From Pristiophorus japonicus (taxonomy: Eukaryota), in NCBI RefSeq assembly GCF_044704955.1, contig NC_091999.1, positions 21,762,001 through 21,826,000 of the forward strand: a stretch of 64,000 bases of DNA, read 5' to 3'. The translations under genes were made by a program, and so were the position numbers. Position 1 is the first letter of the stretch. Each line of letters opens with the position of its first letter. Below are positions 1-10,859 of the stretch, piece after piece. Below the pieces are notes generated by a model. That model did no database searches. It saw nothing but the letters and a program-made list of their open reading frames with translations, and had not been told where the DNA came from.

Positions 1-630
1 TCTATTTATATTCCACTTGACCCTGTCTCTGGTTTAATACACTAGACCTTGACTCTGTTTATATTCTACTAGACCCTGTCTCTGTTTATAATACACTAGA
101 CCCTGTCTCTGTTTATTTTACACTAGGCCCTGACACTGTTTATATTACACTAGACTCTGTCTCGGTTTATTTTACACTCGGCCCTGACACTGTTTATATT
201 ACACTAGACACTGTCTCTGTTTATATGATACTAGACCCTATCACTGTTTATATTACACAACATCTTGTCTCTGTTTATAATACACTAGACGCTGTCTCTG
301 TTTAAATTACACTGGAACCTGTATCAGTTTTACTGCCCTAGACCAAGAGTGAAATATTTTACAGTATAACCTGCCCCTGTTCATATTGCACTCGACCTTG
401 TCCTAGTTATTACTGCACTAGACAATGCATCTATTTATAATATGCAAGGCTGTGTCTTAGTTACATTTACTGAGGTGATTAAAATGATGAGACGTGGTGA
501 TAGATTCATAGACGTTTACAAAACACTAGACCATGTCTCTGTTTACATTACACTAAACACTCTCTCTCTGTTTATCTTACAAGAAAACCTGTCCCAGTTA
601 TTACTGCACTATAACATGACTCTGTTTATA
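1..630 (+). repeat. 27-bp minisatellite (consensus ACTAGACCCTGTCTCTGTTTATATTAC), degenerating rightwards
   Basis: Tandem copies of gaccctgtctctgtttatattacacta; the 9-codon period gives the DPVSVYITL / TRPCLCLYY pseudo-ORFs elsewhere in the track. Confidence 0.9.
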
Positions 631-632
631 CA

Positions 633-1080
633 GTGTGCGATAGTATAGTGGATATGATACTGGACTAATCCACAGATCTAGAAGAATAATCCAGAGACGT
701 GATTTCAAATCCAGCCACAACAGCTGGGCGAATTTAAATTCAGTTAAATGAATATAAAATTGGAATCATAAGCTAATATGAGTAATGCTGACCATGAAAC
801 TACCAGATTGTCCTTTAGGGAATGAAATCTGCCATCCTTACCCGGTCTGGCCTATATGTGACCCACAGTAAGGGTCTCTTAAATGCCTTCTGGAATGACC
901 CAGCAAGCCACTCAGTTGTATCAAACCGCTAGAACAAAGTCAGCACTGAGTACTTTCACCACACGCACTGCAGCGGTTCAAGAAGGCGGCTCAGCACCAC
1001 CTTCTCAAGGGCAAATAGGGATGGGCAATAAATGCTAGCCTTGCCAGTGAAATCCAGACCCCATGACGAAGAAATAAAAA
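633..1080 (+). mobile_element. tRNA-headed SINE with LINE-derived 3' tail
   Basis: tRNA-like head (gtatagtgg...ttcaaatcc) and 3' tail ctgcagcggttcaagaaggcggctc...aataaatgct...aaataaaaa; the same tail ends the LINE fragments at ~12.84, 22.55, 30.19, 41.22 and 62.50 kb. Confidence 0.75.
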
Positions 1081-1124
1081 TGATTACATTAGGCAGTACC
1101 TCAGTGATTACAGCAAAATGATAT

Positions 1125-1470
1125 TTATTATACAGCAGTACCTGTCTCAGTTATTACTACACTATACCGTATCTCTGTTTATATTACACTAGGCCCTGTC
1201 TCTTTATATTATTCTAGACACTGTCTCTTTATATTATTCTAGACCCTGTCTCTGCTTATATTACACTAGACCTTGTCTCTGTTATTACTGCACTAGAACG
1301 TGTCTCTGTTTATATGACACTAGACCCCGTCTCTGTTTATATTACACGAGACCCTGTCTCAGTTATTACTGCACTAGAACGTGTCTCTGTTTATATTACA
1401 CTAGACCCTGTCTCAGTTATTACTGCAATATAAGATGTCTCTGTTTATATTACACTAGACCCTGTCTCCG
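1125..1470 (+). repeat. 27-bp minisatellite
   Basis: Tandem ctagaccctgtctctgtttatattaca with gttattactgca variants. Confidence 0.9.
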
Positions 1471-1499
1471 TAAGATAGAGAGACAGATGATAGATAGAT

Positions 1500-2015
1500 A
1501 CTGATAATCGTCAAGATATATATTTGCGTGTGTGAGAGGATGCAATAATTGTTTTTTTTACTTAGGAGCACATTTATTCTTGTTAACAGCTATCAGCAGC
1601 AGTGGGCAATGTCCTATTGATCTTGTATTGTGACGGTAATATTTGTGTTGAGAGGATGGGGTGAATCTCGTAACAATCTCCCAGAGATGGTCCGGGATTG
1701 AGGGACAGGACTGAAGGTGAGCAATTCACTGCACTTTGCACTACTTAGTGGCACTCTGTGTGTTAAATGTTACTAATTCACACGTGTGTTGCCCTGTGCC
1801 AATTGCTCACAGTTTTTAATGTTAAGGATTGTTTTTCCTGCAGTATTTTCCATTCAGCTTTCACATGGCCCACTGATTGTGTCAGACAGAGCCTTGAATC
1901 GTGACCTCACAGCACCGCCGGATGGGCAGCCGCAGAGTCCTAACGTGCACTCAGTTCAACAGCTCTCAGTTTGTTGAGAGGAACATAAAAAACACACACA
2001 AGGTGTTTGCTATAT
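1500..2015 (+). other. Block E of the unidentified gene family, in opposite orientation to the array; contains a GT-AG intron at 1717-1843
   Basis: Reverse complement of the blocks at ~15.6-16.2, 32.4-33.0, 43.4-43.95 and 54.4-54.9 kb; donor GAAG|GTGAGC at 1716/1717, acceptor tttttcctgcag| at 1843. Confidence 0.75.
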
Positions 2016-3345
2016 AAGAACATAAGAACTAGGAGCAGGAGTGGGCCATTCGGCCCCTCAAGCCTGCGCCGCCATTCAATCAGCTTATGGCTGATCTGAT
2101 ATTGGCCTCAACTCCACTTTCCTGCCTGTACCCATAACCCTTGACTCCTCTGTAGTTCAATAATCCGTCTGTCTCAGCCTTGAATGTATTCAATGACCCA
2201 GCTTCTACAACTTTCTGAGGTAGAGAATTCCTCAGATCCACGATCCTCTGATAGAAGAAATTCCTCCTCATCTCCGTGATAAATGGGTGACCCCTTATTC
2301 TGAAACTGTGCCCCCGAGTTCCTGATTCCCCAACGAGGGGCAATATCCTCTCAGCATCTGCCCTGTCAAGCCCCCTCAGAATCGTATATCCACCAATAAG
2401 ATCACCTCATATTCTTCTAAACACCAATGAGTACAGACCCAACCTGCTCAAAATTTCCTCATAAGGCAACACTTTCAATTCAGGAATTAACCTCATGAAT
2501 CTTCTCTGAACTGCCTCCAATGCATGTATGTACTTTCTTAAATAAGGAGACGACAACTGTAGGCAGAACTCCAGGTGTGGTCTCACCAACACCCTGTGCA
2601 GTTGGAGCAGGACTTTCCTACTTTTATACTCCATCCCCCTTGCAACAAAGCTCAACATTCCATTTGCCTTCCTGATTACTTGCTGTACCTACATGCTAAC
2701 TGTTTGTGTTTCATGCACAAGGACAGCAAAATCCCTCTGTCGCGCAGAATTCTGTAGTCTCTCTCCATTTAAACAATATTTTCCTTTTCTATTCTTCCTA
2801 CCTAAGTTGGTATCCTCACATTTTCCCACATTATACGCCAGCTGCCATTTTTTTGGTCCGCTCACTGAGCTTGTCTATATCCCTTTGCAGACGCTTTGTG
2901 TCCTCTTTAAAACTTGCATTCCCACCCATCTTTGTATAATCAGCAAATTTGGCAACATTACACTGTCATTTAATCCATGTCATTAATATAGATTGTAAAT
3001 ATTTGCGGCCCCGGCATTGATCCCTGTGGGACCTCACTAGTTACAGTTGCCAACCTGAAAATTACCATTTTATCCCAACCCTGTTTTCAGTTAGTTAGCA
3101 AATCCTCCATCCATATTACCCCCAAAACCATTACCTCTTATCTTGCGTCGTAACATTGATGTGGCACCTTATCGAATGCCTTTTGGAAATCCAAATACAC
3201 TCCATCTACCAATTCCCCTTCATCCACCCTGCTCGTTATATCTCAAATAACTCTAATAAATTTATCAAACACGATTTCCCTTTCATAAAACCATGCTTAT
3301 GCTGATTGATTGCAATTATGATTTTCTAAATATCCTGCTACGACT
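2016..3345 (-). mobile_element. CR1-clade LINE (HER1-like), 5'-truncated ORF2 3' part, degraded
   Basis: (ATAAGAAC)n tail at 2016; ORF fragments LVRPHLEFC, EMRRNFF.QR.V.L.NSLP. Confidence 0.9.
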
Positions 3346-3520
3346 TAATATATTTAAGGTGGAACTAGATAGATTTTTGAATGATAAGGGTGTGAAGGGT
3401 TTTGGGAAGCGGGCAGGGAGGTGGAGCTGAGCTAGCAGCAGATCAGCCATGATCTTATTAAATGGCGGAGCGGGCTCGAGGGGCCAAATAGACTGCTCCT
3501 ACTTCTATTTCTTATGATCT
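3346..3520 (+). mobile_element. CR1 LINE 3' end fragment
   Basis: gatagatttttg...cagccatgatctt...ctcctacttctatttcttatg tail. Confidence 0.8.
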
Positions 3521-4283
3521 TACGGCCCATCGCGCCTGCTCTGCCATTCAATAAGATCATGGCTGATCGGATCATGGACTGAGGTCCACTTCCCTGTCCA
3601 CTCCCAATATACCCTTATTCCCTTATCGTTTAAGAAACTGTGTATTTCTGTCTTAAATGTATTCAATGTCCCGGCTTCCACAGCTCTCTGAGGCAGCGAA
3701 TTCCACAGATTTACAGCCATCTGAGGGAAGAAATTCCTCCTCATCTCAATTTTAAATGGGCTGCCTCTTATTCTAAGATCTTGCGCTTTAGTTCTAGTTT
3801 GGCGGGAAAAAAATCAAAGATCAAGTTATTATTTAAATGAAGAAAAATTGCAAAGTGCCGCCGTACAGCGGGACCTGGGGGCACTTGTGCAAGAAACGCA
3901 GAAGATTAGTATGCAGGTAGAGCAAGTGATCAGGAAGGCAATCGAATCTTGGTCTTTGTCGCAAAGGCAATGGAGTATAAAAGCAGGGAAGGCTTGCTGC
4001 AGTTGTACAGGGTATTGGTGAGGCCACACCTGGAATACTGTGTGCAGTTTTGGTTTCCATATTTACGACCAGATGAACTTGCTTTGGAGGCAGTTCAGAG
4101 AAGGTTCACAAGGTTGATTCCGGAGATGAGGGGTTGATTATCAGGAAAGGTTGAGTAGTTTGGGCCTCTACTCATTGGAGTTCAGAAGAATGAGAGGTGA
4201 TCTTATCGAAACGTATAAGATTATGGGGGGTTTGACATAGTGGATGCAGAGAAGATGTTTCCACTGATAGGGGAGTCTAGAAT
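3521..4283. mobile_element. CR1 LINE with internal inversion (3521-3797 minus, 3798-4283 plus)
   Basis: Minus part encodes MRRNFFPQ..WNSLPQ; plus part encodes the immediately upstream LVRPHLEYCVQFW...RMRGDLIETYK segment. Confidence 0.8.
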
Positions 4284-4289
4284 TGGAAC

Positions 4290-5800
4290 TAGCGGTTTTC
4301 AGTCAGTAGTGAAAACTGACTGCAAAAGCTTCTATCGATAGGTGAAGAGAAAAAAAATAGTTAAGACAAATGTAGATCCCTTGCAGTCAGATTCAGGTGA
4401 ATTCATAATGGGGAACAAAGAAATGGCAGACCAGTTCGACAAATGCTTTCATTCTGTCTTCAAGAAGGAAGACACAAATAACCTTCATGAAATATTGGGG
4501 GAACGAGGGTCTAGTGAGAAGGTTATTAGGCGGGAAATTGTGTTGGGGAAATTGATGGTGTTGAAGGCCGATAAGTTCCCGGGGCCTGATAGACTGCATC
4601 CTGGAGTACTTAAGGAAGTGGCCCTCGAAATAGTGGGTGCATTGGTGATCATTTTCCAACAGTCTATCGACTTTGGATCAATTCCTATGGACTGGAGAGT
4701 AGCTAATGTAATAACACTTTTTAACAAAGTAGGGGAGAGAAAACGGGTAATTATGGACCGGTTAGCATGACATCAGTCGTGGAGAAAATGTTGGAATGAA
4801 TCATTAAAGATGAAATAGCAGCGCATTTGGAAAGCAGTGTCAGGATCGGTACAAGTCAGCATGGATTTAGGAAAGGGAAATCATGCTTGACAAATTTTCT
4901 AGAATTTTTTGAGGATGTAACAATAGAGTAGACAAGGAAGAACCAGTGTATGTTGTGTATTTGGAATTTCAAAAGGCTTTTGACAAGGTCCCACACAAGA
5001 GATTGGGGCGTAAAATTAAAGTGCATGGTATTGGGGGTAATGTACTGACGTGGATAGAGAACTCGTTGGCAGACAGGAAGCAGAGAGTCGGAATAAATGG
5101 TCTTTTTCAGAATCGCAGGCAGTGACTAGTGGGGTGCTGCAGGGCTCAGTGGTGGGACCCCAACAATTTACAATATACATCAATGATTTAGATGAAGGAA
5201 TTGAGTGTAATATCTCCAAGTTTGCAGATGATACTAAGGTGGGTGGCGGCTTGAACTGTGAGGAGGATGCCAAAAGACGACAGGGTGACTTGGACAGGTT
5301 AGGTAAGTGGGCAAGTGCATGGCAGATGCAGTATAATGTGGATAAATGTGAGGTTATCCACTTTGGTGTCAAAAACACGAAGGCAGAATATCATCTGAAC
5401 GGCGGGGGATTAGGAAAAGGGGAGTTGCAACGAGACCTGGGTGTCATGGTACGTCTGTCATTGAAAGTTTGCATGCAGGTACAGCAGGTGGTGAAGAAGG
5501 CAAATGGTACGTTGGCCTTCATAGCGAGGGGATTTGTGAACAGGAGCAGGGAGGTCTTAGCGCAGTTGTACAGGGCCTTGGTGAGGCCTCATCTGGAATA
5601 TTGTGTTCAGTTTTGTTCTCCTAATCTGAGGAAGGACGTTTTTTGCTATTGAGGGAGTGCAGCGAAGCTTCACCAGACTGATTCCCGGGTTGACAGGACT
5701 GACATATGAGGAGAGACTTGATAGACTGAGCCTGTATTCACTGGAGTTTAGAAGGATCAGAGGGGATCTCATAGAAACATAAAATTCTGAAGAGAATGCA
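4290..5800 (+). mobile_element. CR1 LINE ORF2 (reverse transcriptase) fragment with frameshifts
   Basis: ORFs 4342-4770 (PGPD.LHP.VLKE) and 5050-5652 (GVLQGSVVGP, FADDTK, LVRPHLEYC); FQKAFDKVPH between them. Confidence 0.95.
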
Positions 5801-5821
5801 CAGGTTGAATGCATGAAAAAT

Positions 5822-6020
5822 CGTGCCTGTGCCGGCTCTTTGAAAGAGCGATCCAATTAGTCCCCCTCCCCTGCTCTTTCCCCATAGCCCTGTGATGTTC
5901 TCCCTTCATGTATCTGTCCAATTTCCATTCGAGAGTTATTAGTGAATCTGCTTCCACCACCCTGTCAGGCAGTGCGTTACATTTCACAACAACTTGCCGC
6001 GTAAAGAAAAACATCACCAT
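5822..6020 (-). mobile_element. Older CR1 subfamily 3' fragment
   Basis: gtgcctgtgccggctctttgaaagagc...; CNALPDRVVEADS translation. Confidence 0.75.
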
Positions 6021-6689
6021 ATAAAATGAAAGGGAGCGAGTCACCATCTCCAGGCTTCAGAGAGCAGAGGGAGCTCAGTGACCGATCCACACACACCGCC
6101 AGTCATTTCCAGAATGGACACTCTGAACAACAGGCTCATTTGCAAATGTCACCGCAATGTGTGGCTCTGCACCGACTCCCTGGCCAAGTATAGGTCTCTT
6201 GTCAGATGTTTCCACCAGATTGCGGCCCGTGTGTTTATTTACTGCCCAGAAGTGAGATGTGCGGTTTGGAGCCTGCAGCACAGAAACAGGAAGTTGTGTT
6301 GCCTGAGACTGAAATAACGTCAATTTGATGTTATCACCATGAACAGGCTTCCGGTCTGTGAGGGAGGCCTCACCCTGACAGCACCAAGACCCACAGCACA
6401 GATTGCCATTCATCTCAACATTGCATTCACCTCTATTCTCATTTTGAAGATTAACACCCAAGCACTTATTTGGGGTTTAACACGTTCACCAAGGAGCGAG
6501 ATGGACTGAATGTGATCACTGGGATAAAAGAGGGGAGATAAAAATGAACTTACCCCAAACAGTGCTATTGGAAAATAGAAGGTTTTTGGTAATTTAGATA
6601 CTCTCTGAGAGATAGAGAGGGAGAGATAGGCGAGAGGTAGAGTGCGTTAGGTGTTCTCTGAGGCAAAGGCCGCTACATCTTTTAAGGGA

Positions 6690-7005
6690 CAAAATAAAAA
6701 CAGAAAACACTTTAAATCTCAGCTGGTCAGGCAGCATCTGTGGAGAGAGAAACAGAGTTAACGGTTCAGAGAGAGGAGAGAGGTTGTGTGAGTTCGGTGA
6801 TGTCCGAGAGAGGAAGACAGAGAGGAGATGTGTTAAGTCTGAGGCAGAGAGGAGAGAGGATATGCGCGTGAGGCACTCTTTGAGACAAAGGCCGCTACAT
6901 GTTTTAAGGATTAAAACAAAAACAGAAAATACTGGAAATCTCAGTGGGTCAGGCAGGAGAGAGAAACAGAGTTAACGTTTCAGGTCGATGACCCTTCATC
7001 AGAAC
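6690..7005 (-). mobile_element. Penelope-like terminal-repeat fragments (two tandem copies, ~6690-6768 and ~6912-7005)
   Basis: aaaacagaaaatactggaaatctcag...cagcatctgtggagagagaaacagagttaacgtttcaggtcgatgacccttcatcagaac; flanked by related catcttttaaggg / catctttcaaggg sequences. Confidence 0.6.
6971..7005 (-). ncRNA. Minimal type I hammerhead ribozyme motif
   Basis: Minus strand GUU-CUGAUGA-A-GGGUC-AUC-GACCU-GAAA-CGUU-AAC: both core boxes, stem II, palindromic ACGU stem III and GUU/AAC stem I. Confidence 0.65.
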
Positions 7006-7317
7006 ATCTTTCAAGGGGACGGTGGAACAATTGTCTGAAGCAAGTATGATACCAAGCTATGCAGAAAGAGTGGACCAGCATAATTAGATTTGGGTTATTC
7101 CAGTACAGGTCCAGTACAGATGCGGTGGGCCAAATGGCCTATTTCTGCGCAGTGAGCTACTAAGATTCTATGGTACAATATGAGGAAGGGAAGGGACGTA
7201 TTTGGACATCCCGATTAAGACCTCTCGCTCTCCCAGCGCAAAATAATTTATTTCACTACACCCGTGAATAACTGGACTTTCGCTTGTGTTAATTACCAAC
7301 ATTTTAACACCATTTCT

Positions 7318-7705
7318 TGTATGTGGAGCACATTGATGTGTTTGTGGAGCACACTGATGTGTGTGTGTGGAACACGTTGATGTGTGTGTGGAGCACATTG
7401 ATATGTGTATGCAACACATTGATATGTGTGTGTGGGGCACATTGATGTGTGTGTGAAGTACATTGATATGTATGTGTGGAAATATTGATGTGTCTTTGTG
7501 ACAGATTGATGTGTCGGTGGAGCACATTGATGTGTGTGTGGAGCACGTTGATATGTGTGTGTGGAGCACTTTAATGTTTGTGTATGGAGCGCATTGATGT
7601 GTGTGTGGAACACATTGATGTGTGCAGGGAACATTATTGTGTGTGTTGATCATGCTGATGTGTGTGGTTCACATTGATGTGTGTGTTGCTGTCCATGTGC
7701 TGATA
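7318..7705 (+). repeat. ~21-bp minisatellite (GTGTGTGTGGAGCACATTGAT)
   Basis: Tandem cacattgatgtgtgtgtggag units with variable TG length. Confidence 0.9.
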
Positions 7706-7770
7706 TTTCTCCTTCTTCGGCGTGGAAATGCATCGTTTGAACATCATTCAAAAGAAAATGCATCAATTAG

Positions 7771-8240
7771 AAAGAAAGACTTGCATTTACACAGGTCCTT
7801 TCACCACCTGAGCACGTCCCAAAGCGCTTTACCGCCAATGAAATTACTTGAAGTGTAGTCACTGTTGTAATGCAGGAAACATGGCAGCCAAAATGAGTGC
7901 AGCAAGCTCACACAAGCTGCAAGTGATCATTGAGCAGATAATCGATTTTCTCTGTGTAGTTCGTTGACTGGAAGTTATTGAACTGGACACTGGGGAGAAA
8001 TCACCTGTTCTTCTGCACAATCATGCCATGGGACCTTTTAAGTAGATCTGAGGGGGCAGATGGGGCCTCGGGTTAACTTCTCAACCCAAAGACGGCAACT
8101 CCGACAGTGCTGCACTCCCTCAATACTGGCACCAGGAGTGATGTGCCTGGACTTTGCGCTCAAGTCTATGGATTGTGAGTTTATCCCAAAACTATCTTAG
8201 ACCAAGGGGAAAGTGAGATACACTGAGCCTCGGCTGACAC
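7771..8240 (-). mobile_element. SacSINE1/DeuSINE-type SINE, near full length
   Basis: Reverse complement has a tRNA-derived head (ggctcagtg...), Deu core (gagggagtgcagcactgtcggag) and tail gtaaagcgctttgggacgt...taaatgcaagtctttctt. Confidence 0.85.
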
Positions 8241-8279
8241 AAACAGACGTTGCCCTGTGCAATGCAATGAATACATGCC

Positions 8280-9090
8280 CCCGGGTAATATAAACAGAGA
8301 CAGGGTCTAACGTAATATAAACAGAGACAGGGTCTAGTGTAATATAAACATGGATAAGGTCCAGTTTAATATAAACAGGGACAGGGTCTAGTGTAACATA
8401 AACAGTAACAGGGTACAATATAATATAAACAGAGACAGCTTGTAGTGTAAATTAAACAGTGACAGGGTCTAGTGTAATATAAACAGAGGCAGAGTCTAGT
8501 GTAATATAAACAGAGACAGGGTCCAGTATAATATAAACAGAGACAGGTTGTAGTGTAATATAAACATTGACAGGGTCTAGTGTAATATAAACATTGATAG
8601 GGTCTAGTGTAATATAAACAGAGACAGGGTCTTGTGGAATATAAACAGAGATAGGGTCTCGTGTAATATAAACAGAGACAGGGTCTCGTGTAATATACAC
8701 AGAGCCAGAGTCTAGTGTAATATAAACAGAGACAGAGTCTAGTGTAATATAAACAGAGACAGGGCCCAGGGTAATATAAACAGAGACAGGGTCTAGTGTA
8801 ATATAAACAGAGACAGGGCCCAGGTTAATATAAACAGAGACAGGGTCCAGTGTAATTTAAACAGAGACAGGGTCCAGTGTAATATAAACAGAGACAGGGT
8901 CTAGTGTAATATAAACAGAGACAGGGCCCTGTGTAATATAAACAAAGACAGGGTCTAGTGTAATATAAACAGAGACAGGGCCCCGTCTAATATAAACAGA
9001 GACAGGGTCTAGTGTAATTTAAACAGAGACAGGGCTTAATACAATATAAACAGAGACAGTGCCTAGAATAGCAGAAACTGAGACATGGCC
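8280..9090 (-). repeat. 27-bp minisatellite, homogeneous array of about 30 units
   Basis: Tandem acagggtctagtgtaatataaacagag. Confidence 0.95.
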
Positions 9091-9654
9091 TTGCGCAGTC
9101 ATAGCTGTGCCCTTTGTTTAATGGCCCTGCTGCACGTGGAAACATTTTCACAGAATCACAGTGCCCGAATTTGTTGGACTTATTGCCAGCTGCCACCGCG
9201 TTTTCTCCGCGCTCTCCCTGTATTTTGAGTGCCCTCCTCTCCGAGCGATTTTGATGAGGTCGCAACACCAACAAAAGACTTCCTGCCCGCTCCCTCCCGA
9301 GATTGGTCCAGCCAGTCCTCCACTGCGGCAGCAGAAGATAGTGCACTTGTTTTCTTCATTGCTTTTGTAGCCATTTTGTTGGTCCTCTGAAGAATTTGTT
9401 GAAATGTTTTTGTCCCGTTACCCCCTCCGTGGGCTGGACTCTATCCACGGCGTTGCTTTGCTAAGGATCGCATTTACCAGCCAGGATCCGAACCACGGCC
9501 CGCTGCTGCCTAGAATCGGCGTGTAAGGCCAATTTTTATCCACTGGGCATTATTTTCCCATTTTTCCACCAAACTTTCACCCTGCACCGTGAGGAAATTC
9601 GTAGTCCTTTCAACGTTACATGGGCGGTATTTAGCTTTGACCAAACTCGGGCCC
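9091..9654. mobile_element. Probable non-autonomous DNA transposon remnant, one end only
   Basis: CpG-rich island absent from other unit junctions; ends in aaactcgggccc (reverse complement GGGCCCGAGTTT), resembling PIF/Harbinger-type termini; no matching second TIR seen. Confidence 0.35.
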
Positions 9655-10249
9655 ATAGATTAGTACAGCACGGTCAGTGGCAATTCAGCCAATAGAGTCT
9701 GAGCCGGTTCTTCCCAAAACCAATCAAATTAGTCTCACTCCACCACTCTTTTGCTATATCCCTGCATTTTTCTCCTTCAGGTATTTATACAATTTCATTT
9801 TGAAAGTTAGTCTTGAATCTGTATCTACCACCCTATCAGGCAGTACACTCCAAATCCTAATCAGTGGTTGCAAAAATAAGTTTGTCCATATATTGCCTCT
9901 GGTTCTTTTGTCAATCACCTTACATCTGAAACAGTTTCTATTTATTTACTCTATCTAAACCCTTGATGATTTTAAACACATCTATCAAATCTCCTCTTAC
10001 TTCTCTCCTCTAAGGAGTAGAATCCCATCTTCTCCTGTCTCTCCACAATGACTGAACTCCTTCATGCCTGGTACTCAACTCGTGAATCACCTCTTAACCT
10101 TCTCTTCTCCACGGAGCATAACCACAGCTTATCCAGTTTCAGAATATATGAACGCCCGGTGAAGGAATTGGGTGCAGAAAATTCCAGCTGAGGAATCCTC
10201 ATCGATGGAAACAGAAACACTGCAAAGGGAAAAATAGGAATCACTTTGG

Positions 10250-10490
10250 CTGAGAGAATGATGAAGGGAGGGAGGACTGGAGCAAGCGAAGAGTGGAGTG
10301 ATGGAGGGAGGGAGGGGTGGGTGCAGGTAAGGAGCGATTGATGGAGGGAGCGATGGAGGGAGGGAGGGATGGGTGCAGGTAAGGAGCGAGTGATGGAGGG
10401 AGTGTTGGAGGTATGGAGGATGGGAGCGATGAAGGGAGAGAGGGATGGAGAGATGGATGGAGGGTGAGAGGGATGGTGAGAGGGAGTGAT
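10250..10490 (+). repeat. Purine-rich (GGA/GGGA) low-complexity tract
   Basis: gatggagggagggaggg-type repeats; equivalents at ~20055-20365, 27708-27890, 38750-38995, 50090-50310 and 59680-60445. Confidence 0.9.
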
Positions 10491-10859
10491 GGGCTATCTC
10501 CCAATTAACCTGAGCAAAACTCTCCATGATTTTGAACACTTCTATTAAGTGGCCCAAACCTGCTCGGCTCTAAGGAGAACAGTCCCAGCTTCCAGCTGCT
10601 CTGATGGTGTAGCTCACAGAGGGTAAAACTCAGGTTCCTTGAGTCCTTCTGCCTGGGGCACTTTGAGATGTTCCTTGCGGAATTGCCGACACTTTTATAT
10701 GGACCCAGTGTAAATCCTAGTGTGGGAATGACATCCAAGGCAAGAAAAGAGAACTGGCCCCTGATAATAAATGGATCAGTGTAATTCTGGTCTCAGGCCC
10801 TCAACTTCAGACACGATGAGCTGAATGGAAATTTAAAAAAATACAAGCTGTGATATGTT

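Noticed and set aside
7168-7858. Overlapping His/Thr/Cys-rich ORFs
   Set aside because: Read-through of the ~21-bp TG-rich minisatellite
8280-9090. Regular short repeats resembling a CRISPR array
   Set aside because: Head-to-tail 27-mers without unique spacers, no cas genes, eukaryotic context
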